Source: an uncultured Gemmatimonadales bacterium
Lineage (GTDB): Bacteria; Gemmatimonadota; Gemmatimonadetes; Gemmatimonadales; GWC2-71-9
DNA: 64,000 bases
Reading direction: 5' to 3'
NCBI GenBank assembly: GCA_963792265.1
Contig: CAWBVP010000018.1
Span: 16,841-80,840 of the forward strand
Positions 52,009 to 61,523 of the stretch are shown one piece after another; the first letter of the stretch is position 1; each line of letters starts with the position of its first letter. The notes below the pieces were generated by a model. That model made no database searches. It was not told the origin of the DNA and worked only from the letters and a program-made list of their open reading frames with translations. The translations under genes and the position numbers were made by a program.

Positions 52009-53065
52009 GCTCGAGCAGCTCGCTCGCTGCTCCGCTTCCCGGCTGCCCCGCCTCTTCGGCCACCTCGTCGTCCCGCTCGCCCTCGAACCGGGTCTGGACC
52101 GCCTTCGCGTCGATGCCCTTCTCCTGGAGCCAGCGCACCACCGGCCCGGTGTAGCCGTGGGTCACCCAGACCTCGCCGGCTCCGGTGGCCTCGATCGGCG
52201 CCGAGCAGGCTGGGCCAGTCCACGTGGTCGGAGAGGGGGAAGCCCCGGTCGAGCGAGCGCCGCCGCCGGGCGCCCCGCACCAGCATCCAGCCCGAGGCGA
52301 AGCCGGTCGAGTAGGGCGCCGAACCGCCGGAGCCAGGGCGAGCCGCTCGGAGTGGGGAGGCGCGATGACGATGGCGCCCCGGGAATCGGCTTTGCGCTCG
52401 GCGGTGCCGGCATACCGGGTCGGCGGAAGCGCGATGCCGGCGTCGCGATAGGCGCGCGGTCATCCGTTCCACCGCGCCGTGGGTCAGGATCGGTCCGATC
52501 GAGGGATCCAGTCCCGGCGAGCAGACGTTGCGCCTTGCCCAGGGTGTAGCCGAAGAGGAGGCTGGTCTTCCCGCCGGCCGCGTTGGCTCGCCACCAGGCG
52601 TTGATCTCCTCGAATACCTCGGCCTGCGGGGGCCAGCGATAGATCGGGAGCCCGAAGGTGGACTCGGTGACGAAGGTGTGGCAGCGAACCGGCTCGAACG
52701 GAGTGCAGGTGGGATCGGGATCGGTCTTGTAGTCGCCCGAGACGACCCACACCTCGCCCCGGTGCTCGATCCGCACCTGGGAGGAGCCCAGGATGTGGCC
52801 GGCCGGATGCAGCGAGACGGTCACGCCGTTGAGGGAGACCGGCTCGCCGTAGGCAATGCCCCGAATCGCTCGCCCCAGGCTCAAGCCGCGCGCGCAGGAC
52901 GCCGACGCCCGCGGAGCGGAGGTGAGGTAGGCGCTGCGAGCCCCAGCTGGCGTGGTCGCCATGCGCGTGGGTGATGACGGCGCGATCGACCGGCTCCCAG
53001 GGATCGACGAAGAAGTCGCCGGCTTCGCAGTAGAGGCCGCGGGCGGTGAGGGCGAGTAACGGCAT
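52009..53065 (-). pseudogene. ligase-associated DNA damage response exonuclease (MBL/beta-CASP fold); several frame changes
   Basis: MPLLALTARGLYCEAGDFFVDPWEPVDRAVITHAHGDHA, VTVSLHPAGHILGSSQVRIEHRGEVWVVSGDYK, CHTFVTESTFGLPIYRW and VWVTHGYTGPVVRWLQEKGIDA. The 3' boundary with the ligase is not resolved. Confidence 0.8.
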
Positions 53066-53076
53066 TCTGAAAAGTA

Positions 53077-53117
53077 AGGCGGAGACGGCGGAGAAGGCGG
53101 AGTAGGGCTCCGCCTTC
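53077..53117. repeat. 9-bp tandem repeat (AGGCGGAGA x3) ending in a 10-bp perfect hairpin
   Basis: The units span 53077-53103. GAAGGCGGAG (53093-53102) pairs with CTCCGCCTTC (53108-53117). Confidence 0.9.
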
Positions 53118-53607
53118 CTGCCTGTGCTGATACGTCCCCATGATGCTTCCCTGGGCCAGGATGTGTTGGTCCATGGCCTTCTCCAGCTCGGCTCGGGTCA
53201 TGCCTGGCAGGCAGGTTGAGGAGGATGTCGAGGGCGTAGAGCCGGAAGAAGTAGCGGTGCGGCTTACCCGGAGGCGGACAGGGTCCGGCATAGGCGAGGT
53301 CGCCCGCGGTATTGCGGCCGTGGCGCGCGCCGGAGGGAAGCTCCGGCAGGGTGGGGACGGCCCGGGCCAGCTCCACCGTTTCCTTCGGGATGTTGTAGAG
53401 CACCCAATGGACGTAGGTGCCCCGCGGCGCGTCGGGATCTTCGCAGATCAGCGCAAAGCTGCGGGTCTGGACCGGCGCTCCGCTCCACTGGAGCGGGGGA
53501 GAGATGTCGTCGCCCTCGCAGGTGTAGAGATACGGAATCCGTCCTCCCTGCTCGAAGACCGGGGAGGTCAGGGTGATTTCGGCGGCTCTGGATTCGGTGC
53601 TGGTCAT
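53118..53607 (-). pseudogene. YbhB/YbcL (PEBP, Raf-kinase-inhibitor-like) family protein; frameshift near 53210; stop codon not identifiable
   Basis: RIPYLYTCEGDDISPPLQWSGAP...ALICEDPDAPRGTYVHWVLYNIP...GPCPPPGKPHRYFFRLYALD, then GMTRAELEKAMDQHILAQGSIMGTYQ in another frame. Confidence 0.8.
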
Positions 53608-53617
53608 GGCGCTACGC

Positions 53618-53983
53618 TCAACCCTTTCCCGCTTCCATCCACAGCCGGACGGCCATCAGGACGATGAAGATGGCAAACATCCGCTGCAAGGTTGCGCCCG
53701 AGAGATGCTGGGCCAGCTTGGCTCCGATCCAGGCTCCGAAGAAGAGGCCCACGGCAATCAGCAGCGAGGCCCGGAGGTTCAGATTGCCGTCGCGGTAATA
53801 GGTGTAGGCCCCCAGGAGACCGACCGGCAGCAGCAGTGCGCCGAGTGAGGTGCCCAGCGCGATCTTGGTAGAGAACTTGGCCAGGAAAATGAGCGAAGGG
53901 ACGATGAGGATGCCGCCGCCGATCCCGAACATCCCCGAGAGCACGCCGGCGGCCAGACCGATGGCAAGAAAGATCGCGACCAT
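53618..53983 (-). CDS. TauE/SafE (TSUP) family membrane protein, short form
   Basis: GMFGIGGGILIVPSLIF ... four TM segments in 121 aa. Confidence 0.7.
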   Translation of the reverse strand: MVAIFLAIGLAAGVLSGMFGIGGGILIVPSLIFLAKFSTKIALGTSLGALLLPVGLLGAYTYYRDGNLNLRASLLIAVGLFFGAWIGAKLAQHLSGATLQRMFAIFIVLMAVRLWMEAGKG

Positions 53984-54132
53984 GAAGACTCCGTTGAGGG
54001 GGAGCCGCGGAACGAGTCAAAAGTAAGCAGTCCTTGTAGAACTCGCCGCTTCGATACAGCTTACGGTCCTGCACCACCCACCGCTCGACCCCCAGCTGGC
54101 CCCGGAGACGCGAAGATGACGAGAGGAAGACT

Positions 54133-54543
54133 GTGAGACGGGTGACGCCGGTGATACTCGCCGCCGCCGCCTTTCTGCTTGCGCTGGACATCGTAGGCGC
54201 ATTCACCGACCGCCCACTCGGCTTTCCCTACCCGACCCTCAGCGTCGTGTCCGTCCTGGTCTACCTTGCGGTGGGCTTGCTGGCGGCCTTGCGGTCCAAC
54301 CTCGTCGCCGGCGTGGCCTCCGCGGCCGTGGTCGGGTTTCTGGACGTGACCCTCGGTCCCCTGTCCGCCTGGCTGGTGGGGCACGGCCCTCTGGGACAGA
54401 CCATCACCGAGCCTCGGGTGTTTGCGTACGGCATCACCGTGGTGACCCTCACCGCCGCCGCCGCCGGGCTGCTCGGGGCCGCCATGGCCAGTTGGCTGGA
54501 GCGGCGCCGAGGCATCCGCGCGGTGGTGGGGAGCAAGTCGTGA
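54133..54543 (+). CDS. hypothetical membrane protein
   Basis: 136-aa ORF with four hydrophobic segments. Its stop overlaps the GTG of the next gene. Confidence 0.5.
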   Translation: MRRVTPVILAAAAFLLALDIVGAFTDRPLGFPYPTLSVVSVLVYLAVGLLAALRSNLVAGVASAAVVGFLDVTLGPLSAWLVGHGPLGQTITEPRVFAYGITVVTLTAAAAGLLGAAMASWLERRRGIRAVVGSKS

Positions 54544-57410
54544 ATCGTCAGCGGACCAGCCTGGATGGTGAGTGGGAGTTCTTTCCGGATCCGAAGCAAA
54601 ATCTCAGCCTCAAGAATCTCCCGGAAACCGACGTCCGGAAGATCCGGGTCCCGGGTCCGTGGCAGGCCCAGTTCGACGATCTTCGAGACTACAGCGGGGT
54701 GGCGTGGTATCGGCGTCGTTTCGAGCGTCGGGACGAGGAGCCTACCGCCTTACCGCCTGTCCCGCCCTACCGCCATCCTCCACTTCGGCGCCGTCGACTA
54801 CCACGCCACCGTCTGGCTCAACGGCCAGGAGGTCGGCGAGCACGAGGGGGGCTACCTCCCCTTTGAGCTCGACGTCAGCGAGGCCCTCCGCCCCGGGGAC
54901 AGCAACGAGCTGGTGGTCCGGGTGCTCGATCCCGGCAACGACGCGGATCTCCCCGATTTCAGCTTCGCCGAGATCCCCCATGGAAAGCAGAGCTGGTACG
55001 GACCGATCGGCGGTATCTGGCAGAGCGTCTATCTCGAGCGGCGATCCCCCACCCATATCACCCGTCTACGCATGACCCCGGATGTCCCGGGCGAACGGGT
55101 GCGAGTGGACGTTCACCTCAGCCAGCCGACCGACCAGCCCGTCGGCCTCTGGCTCAACGTCACCGATCCGCGAGGCCAGGTACGGCGGCACCGGTTCGTG
55201 TTGGGAACCGGCCGGGAGAGCGCAGCGAGCTGACGATCCCGATCCCCGAGCCGATGCTCTGGGACACCACCACCCCCAACCTCTACGAGCTGCAGGCCTC
55301 GCTGCTCGACGGCAGCGACGACCGGGCCGAGCCGCTCGACGTGTACTCGTCGCGTTTCGGCATGCGCACGATCGGCACGTCGCCGTCAGGGCACCTGCTG
55401 CTGAACGGCCGGGTGCTCTACGTCCGGGGCGCCCTGGATCAGGACTATTACCCCCACCTCATCTACACGCCCTTCAGCGATGACCAGCTGGACGATCAGT
55501 TCGCCAAGGCCAAGCAGATGGGGCTCAACCTGCTGCGGACCCATATCAAGATCACCGACCCCCGCTACTACGATGCCGCCGACCGCGCCGGGATCCTGAT
55601 CTGGACCGAGCTTCCCAACTGGCAGGACCTGACGGAGGCGGCCAAGCGCCGGGCCAAGGAGACCATGTTCGGCATGGTGGAACGGGACTGGAACCATCCT
55701 TCCATCGTGATCTGGACCATCGTCAATGAGAACTGGGGTGTGGACCTGGCGGTAAACGCGAGCCACCGGGCCTGGCTGGCCGACATGTACACCCAGCTCA
55801 AGACCCTGGACCCCTACCGACTGGTGGTGGGCAATTCGCCCTGTTTCACCAATTTTCACGTGGTTACCGACATCGAGGACTTTCACAACTACTACGCGAT
55901 GCCGGACCACTACAAGAAGTGGAAGGACTGGGTCCAGACCTTCGCCAGCCGACCGCCGTGGACCTTTGCCCACGTGTACGAGAGCATCGAGTCATGGCGC
56001 CAGTACATCCGGGATCCCTGGAATCCGCTGCCCCGGCAGCAAGCCCCCGAAGTACACCGGCGGGGGAGCGAGCCGATGGTGGTCTCGGAGTTCGGCAACT
56101 GGGGCCTGCCCGACGTCGCGAAACTGAAGGAGTGTTACCACGGTGAGCCCTGGTGGTTCGAGACCGGAATCGAGTGGGGCGACGGCGTGGTGTACCCCCA
56201 CGGGATCGAACAGCGGTTCAAGGCATTTCATCTCGACAAGGTGTTCCCCACGCTCTCCGACCTGTCCGCCGCCAGCCAGCGGATGCAGTTCACCGCGCTC
56301 AAGTACCAGATCGAACAGATGCGGCGGCATCCCAGCATCGTGGGTTACGTCATCACCGAATTCACCGACGTGCATTGGGAGAGCAACGGATTGCTGGACA
56401 TGTGCCGCAACCCGAAGACCTATTTCGATGTCATCGGGCAGGTGAACAACCCCGACGCCATCGTGCCCACCGACTGGGAGCGGATCGCCTTCTGGGAAGG
56501 CGAGCGCTGTGAGGTGCGGTTGGCGCTGTCTCACTTCTCCTCCAGCGACCTCCGCGGCTGCCGGCTGGAGTGGAACCTCGACGTGTGGCCGGAGATTCAC
56601 GGCTCATTCGAGGGGATCATCCCCGAGCGGGCCCAGCTGACCAACCTGGGCACCGTGGTCTTCGAGGTGCCCTGGGTGGAGCACTCGGTGCGGGCCAGGC
56701 TGGAGATGCGCCTGCTCAGCGCCGGGGGCGAGGTGGTGACCCGGAATCACCACGAGCTCTACTTTTTCCCTCGGCTGGCCCCGAGCGAGCGGCCGCTCCG
56801 CATTTCGGTCCCGGGGTTGCCCCGCCTGGCCGCCCGGCTCGCGGCAATGGGCTACGAGCTCACCGACGACAGTTCCGCCGACCTCGTCGTAGTCGAGCGG
56901 ATGACCGACGATCTTCGCTGGTACGCCCAGAATGGCGGGAGGGTGCTGTGGCTGGCCGAGTCGCCTGAGGCGCAGCAGGCGCACCTGGGGGCCATCAGCA
57001 TTGCGCAGAGGAGTGGACGGAGCTGGCAGGGTGACTGGGCCAGCAGCATGAGCTGGATCCGGCAGGACAAGCTGTTCGGCAGCATCCCCACCGGCGGCAC
57101 GGTGGACTTCGCTTTTGCCGATCTCACCCCGGAGACGGTGATCGTCGGGCTGAGCCCTCGCGACTTCGCGGCCAACGTGCACTCGGGACTGTTTGTGGGC
57201 TGGGTGCACCACATCGTGGCCCTGGTCGCTGAGCGGCCGATCGATCGGGGGCGGCTGATGATCTGCACCTATCGGCTCCGCGATCACCTGGGCACTCACC
57301 CCGTGGCGACCATCATGATGCGCGACATGATCGCCCGAATGGCCAACGTGGCCGCCGCCGAGCCGGCACGGTGGGAGCCCGGAACCATCCCACCGGCGGC
57401 GATCTCGTAA
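54540..57410 (+). pseudogene. glycoside hydrolase family 2-like enzyme; frame changes near 54750 and 55220
   Basis: LDGEWEFFPD...GVAWYRRRF, ILHFGAVDYHATVWLNGQEVGEHEGGYLPFELDV, LWDTTTPNLYEL, FLLNGRVLYVRGALDQDYYP, GLNLLRTHIK and WNHPSIVIWTIVNENWG. Confidence 0.8.
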
Positions 57411-57489
57411 CCAACACGCCCGCCTGCGGCGGGCCTACATGATTGGATTGGCGTTGAGGGCCGGCTGCGCGTCCAAGCGCAACGATACG

Positions 57490-57513
57490 AAAAGCCCGTC
57501 GGTTACGACGGGC
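57490..57513 (-). terminator. intrinsic terminator of the GH1-like gene (stop codon in the loop)
   Basis: Minus strand reads GCCCGTCG-taac-CGACGGGC followed by TTTT. Confidence 0.65.
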
Positions 57514-59920
57514 GTGACAGCATGGCGCGACGGAGCTCGTCCGCGTACGGCTCGCACAACACCCGTTCGAGCCGGTTCGCGCCGTCCACCCGCAGATCCC
57601 ACAGCCCGCTGTTGTGCCAGTGGTTGGGGTCTTCCCAGTCGGGCCGATCGATGATCGGATAGATGCAGACCCCCTCCATCGGCACGCCCAGCTCCCGGGC
57701 GAGGCGCACCTCCTCCGCCACCTCCGCGATCCAGCGCCCCCGTCCCGCACCGAAGTGGCTGGTCTCCGACACAATCATGGGCCGGTCATACTTGGCGAAG
57801 ACCTCCGCCAGCAGGTAGCGCAGCGGGATCCAGCGCCGGTCCCGGGGCACGTCTTCCCAGCGCAGCCGCTGATCGGGGTACTCCCACTCGTTGGAGTGGT
57901 AGAAGTTCACCCCGATGACATCGAGGTAGCGCGGGTGTCCGCCGAGTGATGGGTCGAGACCGCCGGCGAGCATGTCCCAGGCGTCGAACTGCCGGGCGCG
58001 CTGGTCGGCCGCCGCCCGGGCCAGCTCGGGATGTCCTTTCGGCGGGATGACGTGGATCAGCGGATCCACCTGGATCATCCGGGCTCGGGGATCCACCTCC
58101 CAGATCGCTTCCATGCCGGCGATGGCAGCCCGGACCAACTGCTGCTTGATTTCGCCGCCCCGGCCGCGGGCGTAAGGGAAAATGTAGCCCTTCTCGCCAG
58201 TGGCCCACGCGAGGAAGGAGATCTCGTTGATGGGAACGTAGAACGGAACCGTGTCGGTGTGGTCCGAGATGACCCGCGCAACCGCGCCGCAGTAGCGAGC
58301 AAAGCGCTCCACGAACCCGGAGGTGAAAAGGCTCACGTCCTCCGGCCAGCCGTAATGGCACAGATTCCAGATCACCTGAACCCCTTTTTGTTCGGCGGCC
58401 TGCACCATCGGCAGCAGGGAGGAGAAATCCATCCGCCGTCCCCGATCGATCAGGTGCCAGCGGATCCCCTCCCGCACGGTTCGAATATCCATGGCCACCA
58501 GGCGGGCGTAGTCCTCGGCGATCATCTCGTCGTGCTGCGTCGCCGCGATCAGGTCGAGCCGTTCGCCCCGGGAGTTGATGTGACAGGAGGACTCGAAGCC
58601 GGCCATCCAGAAGGAGCGGAAGAGTCGGGAGTCGTCAGTCATGAGGTTCGGCATGGTCGAGGACTCTTCGACACCGATATTGCCGATTGCTGCCTCGGAG
58701 TCGGTCACATAACTCCGGAACTGCTCGACCAGCGGCGTCGCCCGCCAGCGCTCGGTCCCATCCAGCGTGTACAGCCCGAGATCCAACCGGTACTCGTCGA
58801 GCGGCCCGCGGCCGAAGCGGTACTTCCAGTCGATCATGGTGAAGAGGGGAAACCAGGTGTAGCCCAGCACGGGGATGCCCCGGCCGCGGAGCACCCGGAT
58901 GGCGGCGACGGACGCCTCGAGCCAGCGGGCTCTGATCGATTCGTCGCCTTTGGCGCTGGTCTCGGTGACCATGATCGGCAGCTGATAGCGGGTGTAGTAA
59001 TCCTCGATCAGCTGGCTGAATCCGGCGCCGTCCTGCTCCACTGGCTGATACGCCAGCCGGCCCCGCCGGTCGATGTAGAGCTGGGTAGTGGACCACTGGG
59101 GATAGAAGTTGAGTCCCATCAGGTTGAACGGCACCGGCCGGGAGGCAATGGAGGCCAGCCGGTCGGGAGAGGCGCCACTGCGTACCAGCCAGGGGAACAG
59201 CGGATGACTGGGGGTGACTCGGCCGGTCAGAAGATCGTAGGCCAGAAAGGTGCGGGACTGTTCCTCCCGGGCCACCGCATGCAGATCCTCCCGCGCGGTC
59301 CGGCTCAAGCCGGTCGCTTCGACATGCACCAGCACTATGTTGGGATCGACCGAGAGCAGCGCGGCGCTGGTTTGGATGATCCCCTCAACGACCTGGAGCA
59401 GGATCTGGACGTAGCCGCTCTCACTGCGAAGGTAGGGGGGCCAGAGCCCCCGCTGCCCGCAGAAGAGGGCGGTCACGATCGGCTCATTGAGGGGGGTGTA
59501 CCAGCGGACCAGTCCGGCGTAGCGGCGGGCAAAAGCCGCGGCGTAAGCCGCCACCGCGGCGGGGTAATCGTCACTGGCAAATTCGCGGCGCAGCCAGAAG
59601 GGGCACCCGTAATGCATCAGGTCCACGATCGGGGTGATTCCCAGGTCGTGGACCATGTAGGGGATCACCTGATCGGTCCACCGCCAGTCAAACTCACCGG
59701 GCTGAAACGGCTCCAGCCGGTACCAGGGCACCCCCCAGCGGACCATCTTGAGCCCGAGGTTGCGCACCAGGGTGAGATCCTCGCGCCAGTGGTCGTAGTG
59801 GCCCATGAGCTGGTATTCGTCCAGGGCGCGGTGGCCCGGCCGAGTCTGGGGCACAAAGGTGTTCTCGATCCCGGTGGCCCACAGGAAGTCCTCGGGACGG
59901 CGGCGGAGTAGGTCGGTCAT
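57503..59920 (-). CDS. tandem fusion of two GH1-like (beta-glucosidase-fold) domains
   Basis: N-terminal half: FLWATGIENTF...WYTPLNEP...IMVTETS. C-terminal half: FWMAGFESSCH...YVPINEIS...MIVSETS. The ATG is at 59920. Confidence 0.75.
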   Translation of the reverse strand: MTDLLRRRPEDFLWATGIENTFVPQTRPGHRALDEYQLMGHYDHWREDLTLVRNLGLKMVRWGVPWYRLEPFQPGEFDWRWTDQVIPYMVHDLGITPIVDLMHYGCPFWLRREFASDDYPAAVAAYAAAFARRYAGLVRWYTPLNEPIVTALFCGQRGLWPPYLRSESGYVQILLQVVEGIIQTSAALLSVDPNIVLVHVEATGLSRTAREDLHAVAREEQSRTFLAYDLLTGRVTPSHPLFPWLVRSGASPDRLASIASRPVPFNLMGLNFYPQWSTTQLYIDRRGRLAYQPVEQDGAGFSQLIEDYYTRYQLPIMVTETSAKGDESIRARWLEASVAAIRVLRGRGIPVLGYTWFPLFTMIDWKYRFGRGPLDEYRLDLGLYTLDGTERWRATPLVEQFRSYVTDSEAAIGNIGVEESSTMPNLMTDDSRLFRSFWMAGFESSCHINSRGERLDLIAATQHDEMIAEDYARLVAMDIRTVREGIRWHLIDRGRRMDFSSLLPMVQAAEQKGVQVIWNLCHYGWPEDVSLFTSGFVERFARYCGAVARVISDHTDTVPFYVPINEISFLAWATGEKGYIFPYARGRGGEIKQQLVRAAIAGMEAIWEVDPRARMIQVDPLIHVIPPKGHPELARAAADQRARQFDAWDMLAGGLDPSLGGHPRYLDVIGVNFYHSNEWEYPDQRLRWEDVPRDRRWIPLRYLLAEVFAKYDRPMIVSETSHFGAGRGRWIAEVAEEVRLARELGVPMEGVCIYPIIDRPDWEDPNHWHNSGLWDLRVDGANRLERVLCEPYADELRRAMLSRPS

Positions 59921-59930
59921 AGGAAGGAAT

Positions 59931-60007
59931 AGTAAGAGGTGAGAAGTGAGAGGTGAGAGGGGTGTCAACCTGATCCTCTCGCCTCTCACCTCTCACCCCT
60001 CACTCGC
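59931..60007. repeat. imperfect hairpin built from GTGAGAG-type heptamers
   Basis: AGTAAGAGGTGAGAAGTGAGAGGTGAGAGGGGTG, 10-nt loop, CCTCTCGCCTCTCACCTCTCACCCCTCACTCGC. The right arm contains the TGA stop (60000) of the upstream gene. Confidence 0.9.
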
Positions 60008-61523
60008 TAACAACCTCAGCGGTGGCCGATTCTACCAGCCCGCCCCTTCGCAGATCGGTCACCTGCTCGGCCGCTTTCTTTCCGGCAATGAATGCGTGAT
60101 CCGAGTTGTAGTACTCCCACTCCGCGTAGCGACCGGCGAGCACGATGTCCTGCCTGGACAGCCACTCCCGAATCACGGCGACGTTGGCGGCGCGGTCATG
60201 GTCATAGACGACGTACGCCACCGGCATGTCTACCTGGTTTGCGGCCCAGATCGGGTCGTCCTTCCGGAAGAATCCCACCCGGTGGCAATCCTCGATACAC
60301 TGCCGGGTCAGGTCGTCGCCGTCGGCGGGAAGCGGCTTGGCGTCGGAGTAGGTGATCTCGCAGGTGAGCCCGAAGCCGCCCGGTGGATTACAGTGAGGGC
60401 TCGCGTTCCCTTGCACGAAGATGCGGTGGAATACGGTCTCTTCCGGATAGTAGATCCAGTGCTTTTCGGTGAGGTTTTCCCGGCCCACCCCGAGGTTTAC
60501 GCAGCGGACCGACACGTGCCGGAGACCGGCGGCCGCCTTGCGTACCTCGGTTGGCGCTTCGTCTCCCATGACCCGCACCAACGCCGGGAGGGGCATGGTG
60601 CTGATCAAATACTCGTACGACATCACGCTGCCATCAGAGAGGGTGACGGTGTGCTCCGAGGGGGAGACGGCGGTCACCTTGGTGTCGAGTCGCAGCTCGC
60701 CGGCGAGATGGGGAAGGAAGCCATTCATGAGCGCTTGAAAGCCGCCGCGGAGTGGATAGCCGAAGCGGGCGTTCGGCCCCATCGGCCTCGCTGAGGGCGA
60801 CAGCGCGCCCTCGATCATCTCCTCCAGATTGGGCAGGGGGACCCGCCCGCCCAGCCAGGAGGTCTCCATCTCGTCGAGAGGAACCGCCCAGAGCTTTCGG
60901 TTATAGGGAATCGCGAAATGCCGGGCGATTCCCTCACCCCACACCTTGTAGATGAACTCTTCGAAATTCCTGGGTGCGCCCTTGGGCGCCGTCAGCCTGC
61001 GCTCGGTACCACTATACGCCCTCGGCTTGCGGGCGCCGTTGGCCTTCATCAGCGGCTCAAACATTCCCCGCCGCTCCGGGCCGGTGTAGTCGCCGTTGCT
61101 CCCCTTGTCGGCAGCCGGCCGCTTGGCGGTGAGACTGCCGAACCGCGCCTCGATGGCGCCGACGATGCATTCCTTGATGACCGCCGGAGGCAACCCGTAG
61201 AGCGCGCCCTGGAAGGGATAGCGGGTGTAGACCTGCTTGCTGTAGATCCAGGCCTCACGATCCTGCCAGTGGACGTTATCGCCCAGCAGCAGCTGGTACA
61301 TCTCGTGCACATAGGGGTCGTTGGAGAACATGATGTGGCCGGCCATGTCGAAGGTGAACCCGTTGTCCTCGACGGACCGGCACCATCCCCCCACCCGGTC
61401 GGCCTGCTCGATGAGCAGCGCATCCTCCCCGATATGATAAGCGGCGCTCAGCCCGGTGGGACCGGCGCCGATGACAACGACGGAAGCTGATGATGACGAT
61501 GAATCCAGATCCTTAGGTGGCAT
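60000..61523 (-). CDS. FAD/NAD(P)-binding oxidoreductase (amine-oxidase / UDP-galactopyranose-mutase-like fold)
   Basis: VVVIGAGPTGLSAAYHI...LIEQADRVGGWCRS dinucleotide-binding motif. 507 aa. Confidence 0.75.
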   Translation of the reverse strand: MPPKDLDSSSSSASVVVIGAGPTGLSAAYHIGEDALLIEQADRVGGWCRSVEDNGFTFDMAGHIMFSNDPYVHEMYQLLLGDNVHWQDREAWIYSKQVYTRYPFQGALYGLPPAVIKECIVGAIEARFGSLTAKRPAADKGSNGDYTGPERRGMFEPLMKANGARKPRAYSGTERRLTAPKGAPRNFEEFIYKVWGEGIARHFAIPYNRKLWAVPLDEMETSWLGGRVPLPNLEEMIEGALSPSARPMGPNARFGYPLRGGFQALMNGFLPHLAGELRLDTKVTAVSPSEHTVTLSDGSVMSYEYLISTMPLPALVRVMGDEAPTEVRKAAAGLRHVSVRCVNLGVGRENLTEKHWIYYPEETVFHRIFVQGNASPHCNPPGGFGLTCEITYSDAKPLPADGDDLTRQCIEDCHRVGFFRKDDPIWAANQVDMPVAYVVYDHDRAANVAVIREWLSRQDIVLAGRYAEWEYYNSDHAFIAGKKAAEQVTDLRRGGLVESATAEVVSE

